A stretch of DNA of 64,000 nt from Nitrosopumilus sp. Its GTDB lineage: Archaea > Thermoproteota > Nitrososphaeria > Nitrososphaerales > Nitrosopumilaceae. Under the pieces are notes generated by a model. It saw only the letters and a list, made by a program, of their open reading frames with translations, was not told where the DNA came from and ran no database searches. Where the stretch lies: positions 1,303,849 through 1,367,848 of the forward strand of contig CBDBLX010000002.1 in the NCBI GenBank assembly GCA_965207445.1, in the 5' to 3' direction. Shown here one piece after another: positions 11,438 through 21,571 of this stretch (position 1 is the stretch's first letter; the number at the start of each line of letters is the position of its first letter). A program made the position numbers and the translations under genes.

Positions 11438-11731
11438 TCATGCCACTTGATGTGATGCGAGTTTAATTGCACGTTTCGTTATCCTCACGTTTAGTACTGC
11501 CAACTTGCTACCATTCATGGTTTTGTAGTTCTCGCACAGTCCCTCTCTGGCGGGTGGTATGTTGTCAGCAACGCTTTGCTTCTCAAAGTGTTCCAGCCAA
11601 GTGACTGACAGACAACTGCCGTCCTTGTTTTTGAGTTCGAATGCGCCATGACCACGTATTTTGTCTTCATCTAAGGGGCGTGGAGAACAACACCTCGCCA
11701 CATGATCAGCATCACAAACATTCATAGTCAT
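11438..11731 (-). CDS. Hypothetical protein, possible ADP-ribosyltransferase-like toxin, probably C-terminally truncated
   Basis: DHVARCC..AF.L..LSVTWLE pattern; ATGA overlap with the upstream gene. Confidence 0.5.
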   Translation of the reverse strand: MTMNVCDADHVARCCSPRPLDEDKIRGHGAFELKNKDGSCLSVTWLEHFEKQSVADNIPPAREGLCENYKTMNGSKLAVLNVRITKRAIKLASHQVA

Positions 11732-12162
11732 GTCATCATGGTTTTGTGGATAAAGTAGCGAGCGTGTATTATTGCCTGATCTGGGGACACAGTTCCACTT
11801 AGATTGTGCCGCTTGGTTTTCTGATCCCACCTACCATACAAAAGCGTAAAGACGATATTGTCGGAGTCTTGAAAATTCATGACGAGTGTGCCTTGTCGCG
11901 GATGCCTCCAAGTTGCCTGTACGAGTCCTTTAGTCGTTATCGTGATTTGCGGAGTCATACCGTGGTTCTTTATCATGAATATGGCGAAACTACGTAACGA
12001 GTCCAGTTTGATGCCTTCCTCGTCTTCTTCGGTGACGTCATACAGATACTGTAGGCGCTTGGCAAAGTCCCCCAACCCCCTCGTTACCATCTCATTGATT
12101 ACCTTGTCCTTGCCCATACGGACAATGGACTTTGTATTGAGGCGTCGTTCATTGTGTGTCAT
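11728..12162 (-). CDS. Hypothetical protein, putative antitoxin partner
   Basis: 144-aa ORF, PQITITTKGLVQATW..LVMNF pattern; coupled to the downstream ORF. Confidence 0.6.
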   Translation of the reverse strand: MTHNERRLNTKSIVRMGKDKVINEMVTRGLGDFAKRLQYLYDVTEEDEEGIKLDSLRSFAIFMIKNHGMTPQITITTKGLVQATWRHPRQGTLVMNFQDSDNIVFTLLYGRWDQKTKRHNLSGTVSPDQAIIHARYFIHKTMMT

Positions 12163-12169
12163 ATTACGT

Positions 12170-12925
12170 CACTAGTTCGCAATGTGCCCAATTTTAATAA
12201 TTTTATTTCTAATTATACAGTACGGCAGATTTTGGCAAGTAACTATCACGTTTTAATTCCCATCAAAGCAGTCTCTTCTGATCAATCCGGCAATTGAATC
12301 CATAAAGTATACCTTGTAAATAATTTTTTCTGCAAGTCAGTCGTAATTTTCGTACCTTGTCATTACCTATAATCCATATATTACAAAAATATCAACAGTA
12401 ACCAAACCTGCAAGGCGTTACTAGTTGTTTTTGGAGTCGTATTTCTTATCACTATACTTCGTCTCTATTACCAGCGTTTGTGATATCTCTGGGATGGTTT
12501 TGATGAGTTTGCTTTTGTTAGTGATTTTCATATTTGTGGCAAATGCTACATATTGATCGATTATATTATCAGTTTCTTTGGCATTACCTTTTTTTTGACG
12601 ACAAGTGATGTGAACTTGCTGCTTTTTTGTTTTTGTCACGCATCTTGATGACTGATGCAGATTTTCTCTGTTTGTTATGAACTTTTAAAATGTACTTTTA
12701 CACATGTTTATTTTTGATTGCCGGCATTATGACAGACGCAAAAGTTCGTCTATGCATGCAACGTTGTAAAAACCTCGATCAAAGAGACAAAGTTCCGGAC
12801 ATACACTCTCTGAATTAATCTTCGATAATTTTACGCATAATTATGACCATTTTACCATCACTGGTCACACGATGGACAAACAATTACCTGCTTGGTTCCA
12901 TTTGTACTGTCATAAATGAATGAAA
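12170..12925 (-). mobile_element. Degraded, truncated copy of the ISH3 element at 29875-31264
   Basis: End CACTAGTTCGCAATGTG; DQYVAFATNMKITNKSKLIKTIPE matches the intact transposase; cut off by an 81-bp MITE. Confidence 0.85.
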
Positions 12926-13007
12926 GTAACAGTTCAACCCTTTCCCAAATTTAGGCATAAATTCACCGCCTAACGTTTGGCGCAGGACACGGGGGTTGAA
13001 CGGTTAC
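12926..13007. mobile_element. 81-bp MITE (family 1, TIR GTAACCGTTCAACCC), copy A
   Basis: GTAACAGTTCAACCC...GGGTTGAACGGTTAC; no TSD. Confidence 0.85.
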
Positions 13008-13019
13008 AATAGTTACCTA

Positions 13020-15026
13020 TTATGCCCGTAAACAAAGTTCCGGAATTCCAATCTTGCGCAGATACTTGTATGTAGTATTATAATATTCTGGACATCGAGT
13101 GTTGTCACTCTCGTCACCTTTTGGGACAAATATCACCATTCCCTGTCTTGCTCGCGTCAAGAGAACCCTGTATGCATTCTTCAGGTATCTCTGTTTATCA
13201 TTCTTGTTTATGCTAGTCCACTTGTCTCCGCGAAATTCCTTGTATATCCACCCGCCCTTACTGTACCTCAAATTTGCATCCCATGCCACACATGTCCAAT
13301 CCAACTCAAGTCCCTGCACATCAAACTCAGTTGCGACATATTCAAGGCCGTTTGAAGAACGCGGATCGTCGGACAAATTTAGAAACCAGTGGGGTGCATT
13401 CAGAGTAATTTCTGCGTATATGCCGTGCGGCCTCAAGCGGTATGACTTTCCGGTTGCGACAATACCAAACCGTTCTGTCCCGCGTGCTTTCTTTTGCAAC
13501 CATTTTTTGGCAAGTTCAAAGTTTCTTGTAATCACAATCGGATACCCCTTTATGTCATCCAGTATATTACCAGCTCTTTTATCATCACAGTTCAACAGCA
13601 ACCTCACAAACTCAGACACACGACCACTTCTAAATGATCGGATTGATGTGTCAAGATGAAGCTCATCCCTGTATCTGAGACGCGTGCTTTTATCTAGCAT
13701 GTTTTCTATCTGATGCTTTCTGTTGTCGTAATATCTGCCCAGATATTCCTCACCATTTATCACTGATGATACATAAACATCCCACCTCGGATAACTGCGC
13801 CTTATGGAATCGAACCATTCTGTCAAGCCTGCTTCGTTGTGATTGATCTCCTGGCCACCTCCTACGAGGCAGACGAGCACGGCCCAGTCTACATGCCGGT
13901 CCATCGTACTGATTATGTACTCTGGCTGGGACATGCCGTGTCTATCCTCCTTCCTTTTGGACATGAACCGGTCCATTGCGGCCACGTCCCACGCACGCTG
14001 CGCCTCATCAAAGATCACTATCTTTTCATGCGGCGCGCGTCCCAAACTCAACGCATCCACAATAAACCCTCGCACGGGTTGTATGAATGCACTCGCCTCC
14101 CTACGCGCGTCTTCTTTACGGATCCTTTTATTGGTTGGATTTTTATGACTTGCATCGTATTTATCGCGCGCAAGCGCTTCTTGCAGGACTTCTACTAACG
14201 GGCCGTTTCCAGACAAAAAGACGGATCCGGCATCATCGTGAGCATCTCTAGATTTTGCCGTCAAGTTCAGACCCACTAACGTCTTGCCGGCACCTGGTAT
14301 TCCAGTTACGAAACAGATTGACTTTCTCCTATTTGTCCTAGAATATTCTATGATCTCTTCAACGGCTTTTGTGGTCTTGGATAGGTTCTCGGCGCCTGCC
14401 TCGGAGCGAGTTATATCGCACACGTCGTGTTCATTGTATAGCGCACGTGCTGCTTCTATGATGGTGGGCGTGGGCCTGTAGCCGGATCTCTCCCATTCAT
14501 GTGCGTCGAGGGGAGGAGACAGGTTGGCATATTTCTTGGCTGTTGTTGAGATAATTCTGTGCAGATTTGATCCGTTGGAGCAGACGATCCTGAAAATTCC
14601 GTCGTCATATTTCTCAAGTTCAAATGGCACGTCTCCTGCTTTAGTGGCAACAAGAATTGGAAGAATTGGACTTGTGTGGCTTCCCTCATGAAAGTTCTTC
14701 ATATCCAATGCATAGTCCATGCACTGATCTTTGTCAGCCTTTTTGTATTGGGACTCTCTAATCTTGAACTCTAAGAGGAATATCACGTTGGCATAGACTA
14801 TGATTGCATCTACTCTCCTGCCCATCCGTGGTATGATAAATTCCAAGTAGATTTGTCCACTGCCCAAGTTGCACAGCTGATTCTTCATTATTTTTAGCTG
14901 TCCTTTCCATGCATCTTTCTGCTCAAGTGTGGGCGGGGCTTGACTGTTCTGTATTAGAGTGCTATGTATTTCTTCTATATCAGTTTTTAAAAAATCATTT
15001 AGAGTAGCCGAATAATACTGTCTCAT
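13020..15026 (-). CDS. DUF2075 / Schlafen group 3-like DNA/RNA helicase
   Basis: Walker A GIPGAGKT, IFDEAQRAW, EFDVQGLELDW, NAYRVLLTRAR; N-terminal nuclease-like RVD..LEFK. Confidence 0.9.
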   Translation of the reverse strand: MRQYYSATLNDFLKTDIEEIHSTLIQNSQAPPTLEQKDAWKGQLKIMKNQLCNLGSGQIYLEFIIPRMGRRVDAIIVYANVIFLLEFKIRESQYKKADKDQCMDYALDMKNFHEGSHTSPILPILVATKAGDVPFELEKYDDGIFRIVCSNGSNLHRIISTTAKKYANLSPPLDAHEWERSGYRPTPTIIEAARALYNEHDVCDITRSEAGAENLSKTTKAVEEIIEYSRTNRRKSICFVTGIPGAGKTLVGLNLTAKSRDAHDDAGSVFLSGNGPLVEVLQEALARDKYDASHKNPTNKRIRKEDARREASAFIQPVRGFIVDALSLGRAPHEKIVIFDEAQRAWDVAAMDRFMSKRKEDRHGMSQPEYIISTMDRHVDWAVLVCLVGGGQEINHNEAGLTEWFDSIRRSYPRWDVYVSSVINGEEYLGRYYDNRKHQIENMLDKSTRLRYRDELHLDTSIRSFRSGRVSEFVRLLLNCDDKRAGNILDDIKGYPIVITRNFELAKKWLQKKARGTERFGIVATGKSYRLRPHGIYAEITLNAPHWFLNLSDDPRSSNGLEYVATEFDVQGLELDWTCVAWDANLRYSKGGWIYKEFRGDKWTSINKNDKQRYLKNAYRVLLTRARQGMVIFVPKGDESDNTRCPEYYNTTYKYLRKIGIPELCLRA

Positions 15027-15756
15027 GTCTATTTCATCATATCTGTCACATTAAATAGATACCTGTCGTCTGCAAATACATGTTCAGATAATTTACAAGT
15101 TTGTGTCAAAAATGATACAATGATCAGGTATTTTGTGTCGGTAACCTAAATTGACTTGAACATGTATTGAAAGGCAGACTATAGGTATAATCTGAAACGA
15201 TCAGATGATGGCTAGTAGAAAATCTGACATCGACATGTCTTCTCGTCAATTGATTCTGATGATAAGAAAGATGAGATTGATGTAAATAATCTCAGTCTGA
15301 GCTCGCATTACTAGGAAGAATAATGCCAAGCTTTGACGAGATTCAAAAGGAAATACAAGAGCAAAAAACCCCATGATACCCAGTACGACACAATCCGAAG
15401 AAATTATCTTAAAAAAAACTATATGACACGACAAAGAAACGTTATGCAGTATTATTCTGGATGGTTGCAGAAACCTGTTAAAAACATATTTAGTAATGTA
15501 GATCACCGACAATGACAAAAATGTATTCATAAATGCCATACGCAGACGATGTATCAAAAGGACTAGACATAATATTGCACACACCGGGAAGAGATATTGC
15601 AGCCACAAAATCGTTGATAGACTATCTCAATTAGAAATTTCAAGTTGTCTGGTATGTACGATTTTGTAAAAATGTTTTGAGCTGCTCTGCTGTATAACCG
15701 ACACTTGACACATCTTGACAAAAACAGTGAGTCAGAAATGTCTGCACCAAATAACA

Positions 15757-16539
15757 TTACACGTCTGAGAAATTTTTTGATACATCGTGACTGAGCACCA
15801 ACACTTCTCTTGCTTTTTTATCCTTTGACATTCCATATTTCCACTGTGGATAAAAAAATTTATACCCTTTATACAGATCATGCACCTCTTTAGAATTGTT
15901 ATATGATAATACCCACCTATCTCTATCTCGTAGTATCTCTGCCAAACTACTATGATCAAAGTTTGTATGCATGTTGCCTTTTTTACCATAAAGTTTCTGT
16001 GGTATCATGTATGGTGGGTCTAGATACAAAAAACACTCACTTGACTTTGGTATGGACTTTTTAAAGTCTGCTTGCACTATACTGATGAGATTATCAATGA
16101 TGGTAAACTCTTGAACTCTTTTGATTGATGATTGTGTGAATCGAGGGTGATTAGGTGACATGCCACCGGACATTGTAGTTCCAGAAAACGATGCACGATT
16201 CAATACATAAAATATGGCAGCTCTATAATATTTGGTGCTGTATGTACTTTGATCTCTTTGCAACTCGTAAAATTTTTCTTTTGATAGTGGATAATACTCT
16301 TGTATAATATCTGCAAGTTTTGTTGGGTTACTTAAAAGACACTGCCAAAACTCCACAAGCGGCTTAAATTTGTCATACCCATAGACGCGCATACCTCTAG
16401 CAACACATGCTAACTCTACTGAACCACCACCAAAAAACGGCGAGCATAATACTGTTGTATCCTCTGGAATAAACTGCAGTATTGTAGAGACTCCTTTACT
16501 CTTTCCACCAGGCATTCTTAATGGAGATCGTATCATCAT
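15757..16539 (-). CDS. Dam/D12-class N6-adenine DNA methyltransferase (orphan)
   Basis: SPLRMPGGKS, PFFGGGS, LNRASFSG, YLDPPY. Confidence 0.9.
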   Translation of the reverse strand: MMIRSPLRMPGGKSKGVSTILQFIPEDTTVLCSPFFGGGSVELACVARGMRVYGYDKFKPLVEFWQCLLSNPTKLADIIQEYYPLSKEKFYELQRDQSTYSTKYYRAAIFYVLNRASFSGTTMSGGMSPNHPRFTQSSIKRVQEFTIIDNLISIVQADFKKSIPKSSECFLYLDPPYMIPQKLYGKKGNMHTNFDHSSLAEILRDRDRWVLSYNNSKEVHDLYKGYKFFYPQWKYGMSKDKKAREVLVLSHDVSKNFSDV

Positions 16540-16587
16540 ACCACTATTCTAATTGTAAACATATTTTGGTTTTTAGTCAAAAATACC

Positions 16588-16668
16588 ATAACCGTTCAAC
16601 CCCTGTATCTGCGCCAGACGTTAAGTGGTGAATTTGTGTCTAAATTTGGGAAGGGGTTGAACGGTTAC
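16588..16668. mobile_element. 81-bp MITE family 1, copy B
   Basis: TIRs present; flanks AAAAATACC / AAAAATACA (9-bp TSD, 1 mismatch). Confidence 0.88.
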
Positions 16669-16717
16669 AAAAATACAGCTAGAAACATTTAGTATACACT
16701 ACTTTAAACCACACACA

Positions 16718-17098
16718 ATGGATGCCAAAAGGGCAAAAAAGAAGAAGATTCTTGTAATTGATGATGACTATGATTTTTTGGAATCTTTACATTTGTTGCT
16801 TGTCATGGATGGGCATGATGTACATCCTGTCTCAAATGGTCTTGATGCTATAACATCTTACAAAGAATTTCAGCCTGATATCGTGTTTTTGGATATAAGG
16901 ATGCCTGGCATTGATGGATTTGAGACATTCTTGAGACTCAAAAAACACGACAAAGCTGCAAAAATCATATTTACATCTAGTTATGCAATCAGTGACCAGA
17001 AATACAAAACGGCAAAAGAACAGTCATTATCAGGTCTATTGAACAAACCAATAGAACTTGCCACATTGCGACGTGTAATTAAAACTCATGCAAAATGA
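16718..17098 (+). CDS. Single-domain response regulator (REC)
   Basis: ILVIDDD, DIRMPGIDG, KP motifs. Confidence 0.92.
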   Translation: MDAKRAKKKKILVIDDDYDFLESLHLLLVMDGHDVHPVSNGLDAITSYKEFQPDIVFLDIRMPGIDGFETFLRLKKHDKAAKIIFTSSYAISDQKYKTAKEQSLSGLLNKPIELATLRRVIKTHAK

Positions 17099-17113
17099 TT
17101 GGTATACTGACAT

Positions 17114-17941
17114 CTATTTTTTGAACTCTAGTATACGTATAGAATCTTTGATGTTTTTTGTTCTCTGCATGTAATAAGATTCTGCTTCTGCAAAAAAATC
17201 ACGATACCATTTATGCAATTCCTCATCTGCTGCAAATAACCGTTTCATCTTTTTGGTGCTAGTTTTCTTATACATTAAAAATGTGTAAAACCAATATGAC
17301 ATTTGTTCTGCCAAGTCTTGCTCTGTTATAGATTCAAAATAGCGCCGATATTTTATGTGGATATAGTCCATCAACTCATATATTGGATTGTCTACATGTG
17401 TTATAATGGCACCATTATTCAAAAGTAAACCCTTTGCAAGTATCTTTAGATTGTACGCATCAGATCCCAATATTTTGGTTACTAGCCCCCATTTACCAAA
17501 TATCTTTGGTAGTGTGTGTTTGTAGTGTGCTACCATTGCATCTATCTCTTTTTGTTCCATATGTAGCGCATCCATACAATACAAGATTCCATGCAATGAC
17601 AAACGATACACATTGTATGGTTTTTTTGTGTGCTTGCCAACAAGTATTAATCCAATGTCAGTTATACCTCCAGAGTACTTGCCTCTATCAAATCTGCCAA
17701 TTAAGAGTCGCCGGTATATCTTTTCTTGTGCTCTGATATTGTCTATTTTGCGCATATGCGTTTTTGCCATATCCCATGTTGTTGATTCACCATTTACAAA
17801 GAGTATGCGTAGTACTTCATGTATATTCTTTTGATGCTTTGTCTTTGTTGCAGACATATATCCGTCAAGCTTTTGAGCAGCAGGTCTGATGTAGACCTTA
17901 TAGGACATTAAATTCCCGTATATTTGAGAATCATACTGCAT
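17114..17941 (-). CDS. Conserved thaumarchaeal-type hypothetical protein (start may be 17908)
   Basis: 275-aa ORF; TTWDMAK..YRRLLIGR..YRLSLHGILY resembles Nitrosopumilus hypotheticals. Confidence 0.7.
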   Translation of the reverse strand: MQYDSQIYGNLMSYKVYIRPAAQKLDGYMSATKTKHQKNIHEVLRILFVNGESTTWDMAKTHMRKIDNIRAQEKIYRRLLIGRFDRGKYSGGITDIGLILVGKHTKKPYNVYRLSLHGILYCMDALHMEQKEIDAMVAHYKHTLPKIFGKWGLVTKILGSDAYNLKILAKGLLLNNGAIITHVDNPIYELMDYIHIKYRRYFESITEQDLAEQMSYWFYTFLMYKKTSTKKMKRLFAADEELHKWYRDFFAEAESYYMQRTKNIKDSIRILEFKK

Positions 17942-18049
17942 AAATAATTTTCATATAATTGTTATATATGTCAAGATTATTTGGTTTTAATGTATTGTAA
18001 ATTTGGGTATTTTACATAATCTTCTCTATATAATAATATGTGATTTTTT

Positions 18050-18198
18050 GTGTGAACCAAGATCTTTGGACATAATAATGAAACCATATACTTGTATTTG
18101 GTCACATCCCTGCCTGCATATTGAGTACCATACATGCGATACATTTGGCTAGAAGTTATTTTTGAATGATCATATCAGTCATGGAGGTTGGTTCACAC
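18050..18198. mobile_element. 149-bp MITE (family 2, TIR GTGTGAACCAA)
   Basis: Reverse-oriented homologue of 58598-58746 and 60345-60493. Confidence 0.85.
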
Positions 18199-18345
18199 GT
18201 AAATACTTCTGTACTAGAAAGAAGCCCACTCATAATGGAAGTTACACAAAACACTAACATCAAACAATGGGTTATTGCTTATTATGTTGCTTATGTCTGA
18301 TATGTCCATTTTTACGCTTTCTTCCGTAATTGATTTGTGCTATCC

Positions 18346-19652
18346 TGTAAGTAGTTCCACTTATGATTTGACATATGCATGACTCTCCATTTCTTTTGCT
18401 GTTATGTCTTTTGGTGCTTGTTTGCGTTTATAGGCTTCTATAGGCGTCTCTTTACCGTCTTTTAGTGACATATGTGGGAGATTATTGTACCAGTTGACGA
18501 GTCTTGTTATTGGGTCTGTTATACCCCTAGTATGGAATGGATTCCCCACATGGTCGCCGGGTTTGGAACCACGAACTGTATTACATGCAGACTCTTCTTC
18601 AAATGATTTTAGATGTTGTTCAATCTCAGAGTGGAATCGTTCTAATTTACCATTGGTTTGAGGGTGTTTTATACGTGCCATGACTTGTTTGATACCAAGC
18701 TCGACTAACTTGTTCTCAAATACTGCCACACCGCGCTCAGAGTTCTTTTTCTCATTTGCATAGAACTGAGATCCATGATCCGTTAGTATTTGGGCAGGTT
18801 TGCCATGTTTCTTGATGGCATCTTCAAGCACCTTTATTGCATGATCACTTGTAGGTTCATTATACACTCCAAAGCCCATAATCATCCTAGATGCATCGTC
18901 CTGATAGGACACAAACCATCTACCATCGTAAATCTGCTTAAAATCAGTATGCCATAAAGAATTTGAGAATCTTCGCTCATACCTAACCCACTTTCGCTGC
19001 TTTGCTTTTTTTGGTTGGTTTTCTACTAACTCCTCATCTTTCAATATCTTATATATGATATTGTGAGAAATATGGATTCCGATTTCTTCTTCTATTATAG
19101 TCTCGAGTCTGACTGCCATACGTCTGTTCTGCTTGCAACAAGATATCACTGCAGAATGTTCTCGACGGCCTGGTAATCCATTAGAAGGACGTCCCATTTT
19201 TAGAGGATATGTGATATCTTTTGGCTGTAAATGACCATATCGTGAGAACAATTCTCTAACCCATCGTGCAGACACCCCCACTAATTTTGCAATCTGGGCG
19301 TCACTCATCTCATCATTGTGCTTTTGCTGAACTATCCACCGTACCTGTTCCTCATCAAGTTTATGTATTACACGAAGTTTTTTACCATTTTTGAGCCTAG
19401 TTTTGATCTTTGTACGAGGATCATGATTGGGCCCACACACCTTCATTTCCACTCCGCACACGGATATATGAGGATCTACACCACTAGTAGCCATTTTTCT
19501 TTTCTCTCCAAGTGGGCATAAAAGCTAAACTTATCATACGCTTCATATTAAATATGATTATATCTAGGCGTACACTCAAGGCGGAAGTACTTACATTGAC
19601 GATTATTCCTATGATCATATCTAGGCGTACACTCAAGGCGGAACTACTTACA
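18346..19652 (-). mobile_element. IS481-family element
   Basis: TGTAAGTAGTTCCAC ... GCGGAACTACTTACA ends (TGT...ACA); one end duplicated. Confidence 0.8.
18361..19494 (-). CDS. IS481-family (rve) transposase
   Basis: HTH, LWHTDFK, DDASR, LTDHGSQF, HPQTNGKLERFH. Confidence 0.9.
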   Translation of the reverse strand: MATSGVDPHISVCGVEMKVCGPNHDPRTKIKTRLKNGKKLRVIHKLDEEQVRWIVQQKHNDEMSDAQIAKLVGVSARWVRELFSRYGHLQPKDITYPLKMGRPSNGLPGRREHSAVISCCKQNRRMAVRLETIIEEEIGIHISHNIIYKILKDEELVENQPKKAKQRKWVRYERRFSNSLWHTDFKQIYDGRWFVSYQDDASRMIMGFGVYNEPTSDHAIKVLEDAIKKHGKPAQILTDHGSQFYANEKKNSERGVAVFENKLVELGIKQVMARIKHPQTNGKLERFHSEIEQHLKSFEEESACNTVRGSKPGDHVGNPFHTRGITDPITRLVNWYNNLPHMSLKDGKETPIEAYKRKQAPKDITAKEMESHAYVKS

Positions 19653-20057
19653 AGACAACTTACTTCCGTAATTGATTAAAGGTCCCAACAGAGGTATTAG
19701 ACAACTCGTCGACATTATCCAATTGAGTGGTGTTGGAAGTATGAGCATTATGAATATTGCTAGTATGGAGAACGCCAGCCCAAACACTGCCAACTCACGT
19801 TTTTTTCGTATATCATCAGGTCTATGCTTGGATAGTTCTCTATTGATTGGATCGCTGAATAAATTTGTCCGGGTATTTTTTCTGCGCTCAGTTGAATCAT
19901 AATTATTGTTAGCATCGGTTCGGCTTTTTAACGTTGTTCGAATGTCTTCAACATTGTTTGGTAAATCTTCATATAATAATCGCCGTAAATCTTCTTTTAC
20001 GACATCTTGAGTCTGACTCAGCTTGACACAACCCCACAATTTTCTAACTGATCCCAT
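19644..20057 (-). CDS. Membrane hypothetical protein (two C-terminal TM helices)
   Basis: ORF overlaps the upstream gene end; its stop lies in the IS481 terminal repeat; true start uncertain. Confidence 0.6.
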   Translation of the reverse strand: MGSVRKLWGCVKLSQTQDVVKEDLRRLLYEDLPNNVEDIRTTLKSRTDANNNYDSTERRKNTRTNLFSDPINRELSKHRPDDIRKKRELAVFGLAFSILAIFIMLILPTPLNWIMSTSCLIPLLGPLINYGSKLSCK

Positions 20058-20497
20058 ATTTTCTCACATTCTTTCATGGTAAAATGCTCCCGCTTACCTT
20101 CTGTTAATCGTAGTACACTATCCTTGGAAAGTTTCTCATCATTGTGTAAAAATGTAATAGATGCTGCAATTTCAAGTTTATCTTGATCATTTTTTTTATC
20201 CTTGAGAAATTCCTTAAATCTGTTATAACGATGCTGATCATTATCGTCAGCAAATTCTATTACCAATTTAGGTATATTATTAATAATATTTTTTAATTTA
20301 AAGCCGTCTTTTGTCAGTTCTGGACTATATGGACCTCGCAGATACCAATTATAATCGTAACCCAAATCAAAGCCAAATGACTGCAAGAGTTGCACCTTCT
20401 TTTGAAACCTGAGCCTTCCATCAAAGGTATCCATGTTCAGGTTATCAATATCTTTGATAAATAACCCTAACTCGTAAATATCAACCACATCATTCAT
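20018..20497 (-). CDS. SocA/DUF4065 (Panacea)-like, YwgA-like protein
   Basis: RLRFQKKVQLLQ..GYDYNWYLRGPYSPEL..LEIAAS motif. Confidence 0.7.
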   Translation of the reverse strand: MNDVVDIYELGLFIKDIDNLNMDTFDGRLRFQKKVQLLQSFGFDLGYDYNWYLRGPYSPELTKDGFKLKNIINNIPKLVIEFADDNDQHRYNRFKEFLKDKKNDQDKLEIAASITFLHNDEKLSKDSVLRLTEGKREHFTMKECEKIWDQLENCGVVSS

Positions 20498-20699
20498 CTA
20501 CAAACATCCTCTATAATGATTTTCACTATAATAATATCAACCACATTATTCAGCATGGCCGCAGAGGCTAGAGTCATACTCATCACGTTATCATTCATAC
20601 AATTCTAACTCAATTATAATATGTTAACTTGAGTACTTGTGGACAGGCTTGGCGTTTATGTATTAATTAGTCGTATAATTGTGAATCAAGTATATAATT

Positions 20700-21100
20700 C
20701 CCGGATCAAGTATGTTATCACGGTGCCCTGGACTTGTCATGAACGATTGGATTGACTCGTGTACGTGTGATCTTGGTGATGTGCCCATATAATTTTCTGA
20801 TGCTTTTATGCAATATGACAAACCCTGGACGTTTTCTGCATTGTGTTGATGTCCTCCTGCAAGTGTGTATCGCATGTATGGTTTGAGTCCGTCAACACAC
20901 CGGTGCCCAGATATGCATATTTAGCATTGAGTTTGCATGATATTGAGCAGCTTTATTTTTTCCAAGTTTAACTGGTTCAAGTCCTACAAATGTACGCTCA
21001 TCATTTACAAGTTCAAGCATATACAACTTTAGATCAGATATGCTATCATCTGTAGAACTATCAGAGTCGATGGGTTTTGTCTGTGTGTCGTTGTAGTTGC
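20700..21100 (-). pseudogene. Frameshifted partial duplicate of the CAP-domain gene at 25340-26857
   Basis: Near-identical DNA to about 25995-26370; split into ORFs 20663-20875 and 20892-21125. Confidence 0.85.
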
Positions 21101-21307
21101 ATAGTGTGTACGGTTTGACTGGCAAATGTTTTTGAGCTATTTGTGGTATTGGTGTGATTGACGAACAATTTGACTATATGTAATGCTAGAAACCTACCAA
21201 TTAATAGAGTTGTGATGGATTCGCGTACACCGGAATTGTATCATTAATTAACTCATATTTAACAAAGGTATATGCGCGCCTTTAAAAAGTTCCATATAGG
21301 GCCATCC

Positions 21308-21388
21308 GTAACCGTTCAACCTCTTCACAAATTTAGGCACGGACTCGCCGCCTAACATCTAGTGCAGGTACGGGGGTTGAACAGTTAC
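21308..21388. mobile_element. 81-bp MITE family 1, copy C
   Basis: TIRs; perfect 9-bp TSD GGGCCATCC. Confidence 0.92.
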
Positions 21389-21571
21389 GGGCCATCCAGA
21401 TGAATTTGGCAGGCGTCCAACATCTCACAGAGGAGTTCTAGGCAGGGTTGTGATACTAGTTAGTTTTGACGGTTCGTTCAATACCAAATATGCTACCAAC
21501 TTGTAGCATTTGGATCAGATGGGGCAAAAAAATTCACGCGAATTGTGAAAATCTAGGAGCGAGGTTAACAC

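Noticed and set aside
12926..13007. 81-bp repeats as integron attC sites (contain GTTAGGC and GCCTAAC)
   Set aside because: Core motifs are internal rather than terminal, copies occur in both orientations, several have TSDs, and no integrase is present
15246..15757. Cognate restriction nuclease for the Dam-like MTase
   Set aside because: Only short broken ORFs with no PD-(D/E)xK or HNH motif; probably decayed mobile DNA
19560..19652. Mini CRISPR array (36-bp repeat, two copies)
   Set aside because: Repeat contains the IS481 terminal inverted repeat; only one 21-bp spacer; no cas genes
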